DNA of 64,000 nucleotides from Meyerozyma guilliermondii (Eukaryota): NCBI GenBank assembly GCA_051546255.1, contig CP128821.1, positions 744,001 to 808,000 of the forward strand, read 5' to 3'. Shown piece by piece: positions 55,802 to 64,000 of this stretch (position 1 is its first letter; each line of letters starts with the position of its first letter). The notes under the pieces were generated by a model. It saw only the letters and a program-made list of their open reading frames with translations, ran no database searches and was not told where the DNA came from. The position numbers and the translations under genes were made by a program.

Positions 55802-56581
55802 CTACTCTTTCCTCAACCGTTCCATGAGCTTTCGTTTTCTTTCCTCGACGATCCACCGTGATACCTGCTCACTAGTGGGCACCAAATCCTCAAAATGACC
55901 CTCAAACTCCTGGTTCTCCGAAAGTTCTTTTCCAAGTTCTTGACTCCGAGTTTCTTCGTACGCTTGAAGTTCTGAGTCTATTCTGTAGTGTTTCTCTTCA
56001 TTCGTATAGCCCAATTCCTTCTCAACATCTTTCTTTGTGGGAAACGACGACGAATCTCCGTCAAAACACCCATAGTAGAAAGGTCCAAGTCTTTCTCGTC
56101 GTTTTTGCAATCGCACCTCGAATTCTTGTTTTTCACTATGTTGACTATTTTTCTTTTTCTCCGCCTCCTCTGTTTGCTTCAACATTTCCTGAACATCCGG
56201 AAGCTCGCGTGACCGCCCGTAATAGCGATAACCCTTGACTTTTATGCCCGCATCACCGCCAGACAGAAGTGTGTAATCTGCTCCTCCAAGCAGTTTTATA
56301 TGGTGCTCCCACGCTCGTTTCTCTCTGAAAAGCTTGTTCAAGTGTTCATTAATGTCTCTGATCTGTACGTGGTTGATGTTGGGATCCTGAATTCTAGTGA
56401 GGTTTGTGGAAATTTCACCAATTACTACCGACCGCCATTTTTCAGCTTGAGGGAGATTTTTCACCAGCTGCACATACTTGGGCCGTAGCTGTGGATTGCT
56501 CTCCAAAACCCCAGCACTACGAGATTTGGCGAGCTGGAACCTATTGAGAGCCGATTGTGCTTTTTCTGTGTTTCGAGACAT
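55802..56581 (-). CDS. ISY1: NTC splicing factor Isy1
   Basis: MSRNTEKAQSALNRF, AEKWR, IRDINEHLNKLFREKRAWE, GYRYYGRSRELPDV. Confidence 0.92.
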   Translation of the reverse strand: MSRNTEKAQSALNRFQLAKSRSAGVLESNPQLRPKYVQLVKNLPQAEKWRSVVIGEISTNLTRIQDPNINHVQIRDINEHLNKLFREKRAWEHHIKLLGGADYTLLSGGDAGIKVKGYRYYGRSRELPDVQEMLKQTEEAEKKKNSQHSEKQEFEVRLQKRRERLGPFYYGCFDGDSSSFPTKKDVEKELGYTNEEKHYRIDSELQAYEETRSQELGKELSENQEFEGHFEDLVPTSEQVSRWIVEERKRKLMERLRKE

Positions 56582-56598
56582 CTATATCATCTACTCAT

Positions 56599-56620
56599 CT
56601 CATCGCAGTGAGCTCATCGC
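56599..56620 (-). promoter_or_regulatory. Two PAC motifs (GCGATGAG) just upstream of ISY1
   Basis: CTCATCGC at 56599-56606 and 56613-56620 in the 75-bp ENP2/ISY1 spacer. Confidence 0.5.
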
Positions 56621-56656
56621 ACTTTATAATGAGCCTGCCTGTATATAAACCAGAGA

Positions 56657-58678
56657 TTACATGCCTCTGAATGCATTCTTGGACGCCCTTCTTCTTCCAT
56701 CAAACCGTTGTTTTGTCCTTCCCTTTTCACTTTCCGGCCGGTCGTCTTGCACTTTGACTTTTTGAGTGGTTTTTTTGCGTGGAACGAAAGTCAATTCGGC
56801 TTCTCCACGAGCATGCCGTCTTATACGGCTATCATCATTTTTGTTTCTTGGTGCAGCTTTTTTGACCTGGGTTTCAAAGGATTCGTTGTTGGATTGAGAC
56901 TGCTGTGCCACTGCACTCATTTTGTTCATGAACCGATCGGCCTCTTCCTTGGCTTTTCTACGCTGCCTGAGTCGTTCCATCTCTTTTTGCACCTTTGCCT
57001 GTTTTTCAGATTCTTGTTCATTTTCATCAGATTCATCAGATTCTTCAGATTCGTCTTCCAGTTCTTCCAGTTCACCATTTCTCATTCTTTCTTCGTCAGA
57101 CTCCTCGGCTGCTGTCAAGCCACGAGAACGATCAGCACCATTCTGCGTGGTGGAACGGACAGGGTTAAGCTGCTTGTACTCATGCGATTGTTCATCCACA
57201 GCAAACTCTGGATTCTCAAACAACTCCTTGAATCTGTCGTCGTTGATGACTGACTCGGCAGCTTGATCTCCTTGTCTTTCTTGCAACCTTCCAGCCAAAT
57301 CTTTGTTGACCTTGAGCTTGGTATTGGTGACGGCACCAGTACTCCGTATTCTGGACTCACGCTCCTTTTCGATTCTCTTGCGGATTTCTCTCTCACGTTC
57401 ATCCCGGAATGAGTTGGGATTGGCGATCAAATTGACCTTGTCGTACAACTCGGTGTCAATGAAAAAACCATGCATATACGAGCGCAACACCTTCGATCCA
57501 ACCAAATGTGACAAGTTCAACTTGGCAACTTCGTCTCTGGTGATGAACCTGTAGTTCGAATAGACGGTGTCTGATGGTTTTTCTTCCAACTCTTCTGTCA
57601 CATTATCCAAGAATGAGCACCACCTAGGCGCTGGTCCCAAGTTGGGAATATAGTAGGTATGCATAGGAATGCCCTCGTTAGCCATGAAGAACATACCAGA
57701 ACCCGGTATGTATTCGATATCATTAATATCCACATTGGGCTCCATAGATGCATAGGGCTTTCCATCCAATCGGTCCCATATTTTGGCAATTCTTTTGTCA
57801 CTGGTTAAAATTTTGTTACTATTGGAGCTGTTGTCATCCAACCATATAATCTTCTTGATATCGTATCCATATCCCTGGTCTTTCACGAGCGAAGGAAGTG
57901 AAGTTCTCAAGTCGTAAATTAAAGACTTGCCGCTAGATGTACCACATGAAAAGTTAAGGCCATCGTTACGGTATGCTAGAGCAGAAATTTGCGTTTTCTC
58001 TTCAAGATGGTCCGACACAAATAGTTTTCCTGCCCGCTGTCTGCTTCGAGGATCCCAGAACTCAACTGTGCCATCCTCTAATCCTGCTGCCACAAGTCCA
58101 TGGACTGGATTTATCGATACAGCATTGACACCCTCATTTGTCTCGAGAACGTACGGGTTCAAAAATCGGCCCTGGTCGAGATTAAGGCGATAAATTTCAT
58201 TTCCAGAAGCACCCACAAGCAAATCGCAATTCACAGGATTGTACGCTACTGACCGGCCAAACTTCGGTATTCTCGAACGATAATGTATGCCTCCCTTTGT
58301 GTGGAATTCAATTGAACGGTCGTTTTGAAGATGAACAGATTTGGTCCAGTCGTCTGAAACCACCACAAAGTCTACATTTTCGCTGTCTGTGTGACGGTCA
58401 AATTTCAATGACAAATTGGCAAAATCATACACATGGATCTGGGGCTTATAGGTACCTGTAGCCATGGCATATTGCCCGTCAGGAGTGACCTTTATCCTGT
58501 TAGAGGCCTCGCTGAACTCAAAATCTTGAATGAGCTCGATTCTATTCTGGTACTCAACGTCATCTTTTAAGGCTCTCTTTCTTTTTCGCGCCATCCAGTC
58601 GGGCAAGGCTCTTGACAGGTTGGTACCCGATACCTGGTAGACAGATACACCAGCAGCAGAAGTGGATTTAAGAACCAT
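56657..58678 (-). CDS. ENP2: Ribosome biogenesis WD40 protein Enp2/NOL10
   Basis: RIELIQDFEFSEASN, ATGTYKPQIHVYD, LGPAPRWCSFLDN.TEELEE, YMHGFF, DDRFKELFENPEF; ATG at 58678; PAC motif GCGATGAG at 58721-58728. Confidence 0.94.
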   Translation of the reverse strand: MVLKSTSAAGVSVYQVSGTNLSRALPDWMARKRKRALKDDVEYQNRIELIQDFEFSEASNRIKVTPDGQYAMATGTYKPQIHVYDFANLSLKFDRHTDSENVDFVVVSDDWTKSVHLQNDRSIEFHTKGGIHYRSRIPKFGRSVAYNPVNCDLLVGASGNEIYRLNLDQGRFLNPYVLETNEGVNAVSINPVHGLVAAGLEDGTVEFWDPRSRQRAGKLFVSDHLEEKTQISALAYRNDGLNFSCGTSSGKSLIYDLRTSLPSLVKDQGYGYDIKKIIWLDDNSSNSNKILTSDKRIAKIWDRLDGKPYASMEPNVDINDIEYIPGSGMFFMANEGIPMHTYYIPNLGPAPRWCSFLDNVTEELEEKPSDTVYSNYRFITRDEVAKLNLSHLVGSKVLRSYMHGFFIDTELYDKVNLIANPNSFRDEREREIRKRIEKERESRIRSTGAVTNTKLKVNKDLAGRLQERQGDQAAESVINDDRFKELFENPEFAVDEQSHEYKQLNPVRSTTQNGADRSRGLTAAEESDEERMRNGELEELEDESEESDESDENEQESEKQAKVQKEMERLRQRRKAKEEADRFMNKMSAVAQQSQSNNESFETQVKKAAPRNKNDDSRIRRHARGEAELTFVPRKKTTQKVKVQDDRPESEKGRTKQRFDGRRRASKNAFRGM

Positions 58679-58864
58679 ATTAGGAAGGGTGTAGAATCTG
58701 TCGTAGTGGGACTTGAAATCGCGATGAGGTATTTTTGATGTTATGTGCAGGCACGAGATGGGGTACCCGATAGCTGCAAACTTCAAAAAGCTGAGATTTA
58801 CGATAGCACGTATATAGCAATTGATTCGAGTGTAATGGCTAATATAGAATGTGTTCTATTTGCT

Positions 58865-60412
58865 TCAATCTGAAAGCTTAGAGGCGCCTTTGGAATTTGC
58901 TGATGGCCCATACACATATTCTAGGGTTGTGATGTCGAAATCCACGAGTTTGGAAGTGCTGTTGGCGAACAAAATGATATCATCAACGGAAGTTTGGAGC
59001 AGGCTGGGAATAAAATCGGTACCAGCTTTCATTTCCACTAGGTCCAGCAAGAGCTGGGCAAAAATTTTCGAGTGAAAAGGATTTTCACTGATTGAATCTT
59101 TCATAAGAGAGAGAAGAATGGTCCAAAAAGTTTCATTCGCAGATATCAATTCTGCCAAATTTGTTACTGAGAGCTTATAAAACTCCTTGTGCTGGCCATT
59201 TTGGGAGATGAAAACCACCATGAGTAAACTGCTGATCAACAAGCGAGCAACTGGCGCCAATATCTTGGTAACATAGTGCGAACCTTCACTAGTATCAATC
59301 ATTGATCTCGTTGCAATTGTAACGTGTTCTTTCAAGATATTCTCGATGCTCCATCTCTGCAAAACCAATAGGTATTTGACCACATGACTAAGTTTTTGAA
59401 GATTGTAACTTGCATCAAATAAAGAGATGTTGATTCCTTGCACAATTTTCAGTGTTTCAACGAAAAGGCCAGTTTTAGGCAAAGGTGGTAGGCGCTCCAG
59501 CTGATATAAGCTTCTGATCAAAGTCGGAACGTCTTCCAACTTGCTGTTGTAGCCGATGATCAGGAAACTAGCAATAATGAGAAGTCTGGAAGAAAATGTG
59601 GTCAACGACATCTTTATCAGAAGCTGATTGAACACCAGTAATACCTCGGATTTATCGTGGGCGTTGAGCTCACAAAGAGATACAAAAATTGCATCGGCGC
59701 CGACGGTGCAGCTTATATAGTCAACATTAGTGCCGTGATCCAAAACTTCCAATAGTACCTTGACAGACTCTTTCAAGCTTTGTGCGGGTGTACATGATTT
59801 TGGATAAATGATCGATGCTGGACTAGATTCAGGAGCAAGATAGATCTCACTCAAGGCTCGCAGATGCGTAGACATGAGGACAAGCACGGCAATATCAGTC
59901 AATGAAGCGGTATCACTTTCAAGGACTACTGGAAAGCTGGCACTAAACATAAGTGCACCAGTACCTAATAACATCATTGCCATTATTTGCCTCAAGGGTC
60001 CAAATAGATTGCCCAAAATCAATGGCATGACATCATTAGGGCCCTGCAAATCTATTGCGAGACTGTAGAATCTCCCATAGCAGTTGCATAAAAGATGTAA
60101 GAAGATTTTAGAGGTTTCTTTATCTTCAAACTCACCTGTAAAGTGATAGGTCGCATTATGATGCATCACCACATTTCGTGTTACGAAGGAAATTTCGTCC
60201 AAAAAAGACTGCAAGCGGTGGGAAACAGTATCTGTCAAGCAGAACCAAAAGCAAGCTGCTAGCAAGTTTAAAATCCAATCTTTTTCACCTTCTTCTTTTA
60301 AAAGTTGAACGAGTTTACTCAAAAATTGAGGTTTTGAGTCCATATCAGTAGTTTTTTTTATTAATTCAAACGCATTTTCATATGTGGTTCTCAGAGAGGA
60401 CTTTTCATTCAT
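58865..60412 (-). CDS. Hypothetical Leu-rich, probably all-helical protein (~515 aa)
   Basis: Long ORF, ATG at 60412; no family recognised. Confidence 0.65.
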   Translation of the reverse strand: MNEKSSLRTTYENAFELIKKTTDMDSKPQFLSKLVQLLKEEGEKDWILNLLAACFWFCLTDTVSHRLQSFLDEISFVTRNVVMHHNATYHFTGEFEDKETSKIFLHLLCNCYGRFYSLAIDLQGPNDVMPLILGNLFGPLRQIMAMMLLGTGALMFSASFPVVLESDTASLTDIAVLVLMSTHLRALSEIYLAPESSPASIIYPKSCTPAQSLKESVKVLLEVLDHGTNVDYISCTVGADAIFVSLCELNAHDKSEVLLVFNQLLIKMSLTTFSSRLLIIASFLIIGYNSKLEDVPTLIRSLYQLERLPPLPKTGLFVETLKIVQGINISLFDASYNLQKLSHVVKYLLVLQRWSIENILKEHVTIATRSMIDTSEGSHYVTKILAPVARLLISSLLMVVFISQNGQHKEFYKLSVTNLAELISANETFWTILLSLMKDSISENPFHSKIFAQLLLDLVEMKAGTDFIPSLLQTSVDDIILFANSTSKLVDFDITTLEYVYGPSANSKGASKLSD

Positions 60413-61009
60413 CTTGGTATTGTCAGATTTTTTTGATCGCAAGAAATTGGTGCCAAATTAATCCCTAATTTATATGGAATCGAAAGTGGTTGCCAAAGTA
60501 GAATGTGGCTGCAAAAAACCCGAAACACACCCGTGCACCAGACGGAGTTTACGCGGAGGGCTGCAAATGCACGATAGCGCAGAATCAAGCAGTTTCATGC
60601 AGCCATCATTCGGAAAATCTTTGCGGGATAGTACGCTGCATGATGATAAGCCTAGATGGGGGCTAATGGTATGGGTTCCATGCATCGGAGATATAACCTG
60701 CATTAGTTTAAAGTGTTTACGTCACCTCCTGCATAACAAGAACAGAACGAATGGTCCCCCCACAGAACGACTTTAGAAAGGACCGGAACTCGATAGACAT
60801 GATGACGCATGGAACACTTGACGCTAGACAGACTTTCTTTATCAGCAGATTAAGAATCTCAAGCGAAATACTTTTAGAAATACTTTTACGAGCATTAGTC
60901 GAATCCTAAGCCCGATGGTTCTTGGAAGCAGAAGGTTGCATGAGGTCGCTCACGGACACTCGGCTGCGAATACGAAAAAATATCCGAACGAATATATAAT
61001 GAGATAAGG

Positions 61010-61534
61010 ATGGAAAACTTATCAAAAACCTATTACGCTATGTCAAACAGTGATCTTTACACTATAACAGACGCTGGGTCTGTGCCCACCATGGAATCTT
61101 TTGTTACCGGCGAGGTCACCAAGAGCCATACACTGAGTGAATACTCTACCATGGAACTGAACCATAATTTCAGTGGAGAAAAGAAACAGTTCAGTAAACT
61201 TGGGGTGTCCCAAGAGCCTATTGGAGAGCCGCTTATCGACCTTGGGATAATCGATAAGGAAGTTCAACGATATCAAGAAGCTTTGAACCAGCAACTTCAA
61301 TACGATGGAAATTCAAGAAATATTTCTATATCTGAAACCCAGATTGAGTGGTATACTTTCTTGGATACATATAAGCGGAAAACATCAAAAAGCATAGATG
61401 AAGGTGTGAGCAGGTTTCCAAAAAGTTCAAGGGACCTTATAGACAAATACCATCAACCTAGCTTATGGAAGAATATCATTGATTCGATGAAACAATTTCC
61501 TTCCAGATATTTACGATTTATGAGCAAGCTGTGA
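61010..61534 (+). CDS. Hypothetical protein, 174 aa
   Basis: ATG-initiated ORF preceded by TATATAA near 60993; no family recognised. Confidence 0.5.
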   Translation: MENLSKTYYAMSNSDLYTITDAGSVPTMESFVTGEVTKSHTLSEYSTMELNHNFSGEKKQFSKLGVSQEPIGEPLIDLGIIDKEVQRYQEALNQQLQYDGNSRNISISETQIEWYTFLDTYKRKTSKSIDEGVSRFPKSSRDLIDKYHQPSLWKNIIDSMKQFPSRYLRFMSKL

Positions 61535-62563
61535 GATGAATTATGACTAAGAAAGCTAGAATTTGGGAACAAGGTTAGAAATTCAAGGCAAAAGGGTAGA
61601 ATTCAAGGAAAACGAAATTTAAGGCAAATGGGTTAGAGATTCATGGTTGATATATGGTATATCGGTAGAAATATAGTTGGATTATTTCAAATGATAAGTT
61701 ATGGTTGAGGAACTCAAAGCATGATTGGTTGATTGGTTAGTACATGTAGCTAAAGGAGATTTTGCGGGGTTGCTAGCGAGGTTCTATTTTTTAGGTACAA
61801 GGTCTAATTCACCGTACAGATGCCTGATCTGAAAATGCTCAATGAGGTTAAAGGTGTTCAGAATAAGAGTTTGGATACTAGCCTGAAACAGCAAGCTATT
61901 GGGTTAATATGTAGAATGGGTTGTCTCAACTGGTAAATTCCACTCCCTTTAACTATATGGTTCCGTTTGAATTGTGTTTCGCACACCGAGCTTACATGGT
62001 CCTCAACTAATAACTGTTGTGAGGATTCCGTCGGTTACAACAAGAGCCAAACACCAGATTCCGATTTTTCACCTACAACTTATGCCCCATTACTGCAGTT
62101 TGAAAGACCAATTCGTAGCTAGAAATTCTTCATCCCATGAAATTCCTGATCTCATCTTAAGTCCAAAATTCAAGCAATATTCATGTATTTTTCAGTTTTT
62201 TTTTTCAGCTATAAGCTTGCTGCCGAAAAATAATTTGCAGCCATTTATATAAGTACACCATAAAGGTGCTAGCGTCACCTCTCAACTACCTACGATAGCT
62301 TTTTCATACTTTTGTAATTAGCAGTAAAAAAGAGATTTTGAAAGGTAATAAAAATTTCGGTGAAGAGTAGTAAAGTTTAGTGAAGTGGATGAGCCTAGCT
62401 ACTATAAATTTAGTCGGTTTAGTTAATCTGGTATAAATTTGGTCTCCATTATTCAGTAATCTACTTGAAGTTCAGCTAAATCAGAATCTACTTGTAATTT
62501 AATTGTATTATAATTTTTCTTATTTAGTAATCTAGTAGTCAAATCACTAGATGTAATCTACTA

Positions 62564-63958
62564 TTAATTTCCTTTGACCTGCTTCTTCAACAGTTCCAAC
62601 TGCTTCAACACAGCAGACTTGGCAGTGCCTCCAGTGGCATTTCTTCTTTCGACACTAGCTTCAAAGTTGAAAACGTCCTTTACATCTTCTCCAAATCTGG
62701 AGTCGATAGCCTGAAGTTGTTCCATAGTCAACTTGTCAATGCCGGAGAGTTTCAATTCCTCAGCCCGACTAACACACTCTCCAGAAATATGGTGGGTTTC
62801 TCTGAAAGGAACACCCTTCATCACCAAGTAATCAGCCAAGTCAGTAGCCAACATATCCATGGTTAAAGCAGCCTCCATTTTCTCTTTGTTAATAGACAAT
62901 GACGAGATAACTCCAGTAGCAATTAAGATCGAGTGTTCGACTGTAGTCAAGGCATCAAATAATGGCTCTTTGTCTTCTTGCATGTCCTTGTTGTAAGTGG
63001 AAGGAATTGACTTAATGGACATCATAAACCCAGCAAGCGAGCCAAAGACACGGCCACATTTTCCTCTCAACAACTCCAACGAGTCCGGGTTCTTCTTCTG
63101 GGGCATCAAAGATGATCCAGTGGAATATGCGTCGGCCAACTTGACAAAACCAAACTCGGCAGCCGAGTAGATGATCAAATCCTCAGAAAATCTCGAGATA
63201 TGGTTCATGAATAGTGAGCACCAGAAGAGCGACTCCACCACAAAATCACGGTCACTGACAGCTACAAGCGAGTTACCAATGACTCCGTCAAAGCCCAAAT
63301 TTTCCGCCAAGAATTCTCGGTCAATTCCGTACGGATGTCCAGCCAACGCTCCACTGCCCAAAGGTGACTGGTTGACTCTAACCAAAAGCTCCTTGAGTCT
63401 CTTGTAGTCTTCAGTAAAGTAGGTGGCATAGGACGACAACCAATGAGCCCATCTGATAGGCTGAGCTCTTTGTAAGTGGGTGTAGCCAGGCATCAAAACG
63501 TCAATTTCTTGACCTGCTCGGTTGACTATGGTGCCAATGAGCTGCGACAAGTATTCCAAGAGCGTGGTCAACGTCTCACGAACAAAAATCCGCATATCGG
63601 TTGCAACTTGGTCATTCCGAGAACGGCCCGTGTGCACTTTTCCAGCAATGTGTTTTCCAATCACCTCTCCCAACCTTCTCTCGTTAGCGGTGTGGATATC
63701 CTCGTCACCAGGCTTCTCCACAAACTTCCCCAGTTCCCACTCTTTCTCAACAACCTTCAATCCTTCTTGGATCGACGACAATTCGTCGGCGGAAAGAATG
63801 CCCAATTTCTGCAACCCTTGCGTATAAACGGCAGTTCCATGTAAATCTGCCGCGTACATTTTTTTATCGTATGGAAGAGAAGCATTGTACAAGTCCATCA
63901 AGGGGTCGGTAGCACCGGTAAAACGGCCACCCCAGAGCTTGGCTGGTGTATCAGACAT
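62564..63958 (-). CDS. ARG4: Argininosuccinate lyase
   Basis: [55 protein letters not shown]. Confidence 0.98.
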   Translation of the reverse strand: MSDTPAKLWGGRFTGATDPLMDLYNASLPYDKKMYAADLHGTAVYTQGLQKLGILSADELSSIQEGLKVVEKEWELGKFVEKPGDEDIHTANERRLGEVIGKHIAGKVHTGRSRNDQVATDMRIFVRETLTTLLEYLSQLIGTIVNRAGQEIDVLMPGYTHLQRAQPIRWAHWLSSYATYFTEDYKRLKELLVRVNQSPLGSGALAGHPYGIDREFLAENLGFDGVIGNSLVAVSDRDFVVESLFWCSLFMNHISRFSEDLIIYSAAEFGFVKLADAYSTGSSLMPQKKNPDSLELLRGKCGRVFGSLAGFMMSIKSIPSTYNKDMQEDKEPLFDALTTVEHSILIATGVISSLSINKEKMEAALTMDMLATDLADYLVMKGVPFRETHHISGECVSRAEELKLSGIDKLTMEQLQAIDSRFGEDVKDVFNFEASVERRNATGGTAKSAVLKQLELLKKQVKGN

Positions 63959-64000
63959 AGTGATAGGAAGAAATTCGCAGACAATTTCGCGGTGAAAAAA

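Overview
Gene-dense 64 kb window of a budding-yeast nuclear genome from the CUG-Ser (Candida) clade. Conserved Ser positions are encoded by CTG, so the supplied ORF track mistranslates them as Leu. The gene set and very short branchpoint-to-AG introns suggest a Metschnikowiaceae yeast such as Candidozyma/Candida auris or a relative (inference). It holds about 35 protein genes, mostly core: MYO2 (5' part), CYB2-like, CUP2, YRB30, RAD54, OSM2, ACT1, SNC, GCV3, MNN4-family, HSP70, ECM27, HSM3, SIN4, SHM1, MTC1, NIT2, PDK, PEX13, GDA1, UTR1, DED1, OCH1, PNC1, ISY1, ENP2, ARG4. The standout is a 1,885-bp non-autonomous Tc1/mariner-type DNA element (8966-10850) with ~275-bp terminal inverted repeats, CAGTG...CACTG ends and a TA target-site duplication. 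It is inserted immediately after the RAD54 stop codon. Instead of a transposase it carries an intact gene, with its own TATA box, for a signal-peptide + Kex2-site + Cys-rich prepro-peptide that looks like a toxin or effector. A second accessory-looking region (about 25.2-30.0 kb) has a ~1,300-aa orphan acidic protein with tandem UIM-like motifs and a degenerate ~200-bp repeat array in its 3' flank. No tRNA, rRNA or CRISPR feature could be supported.
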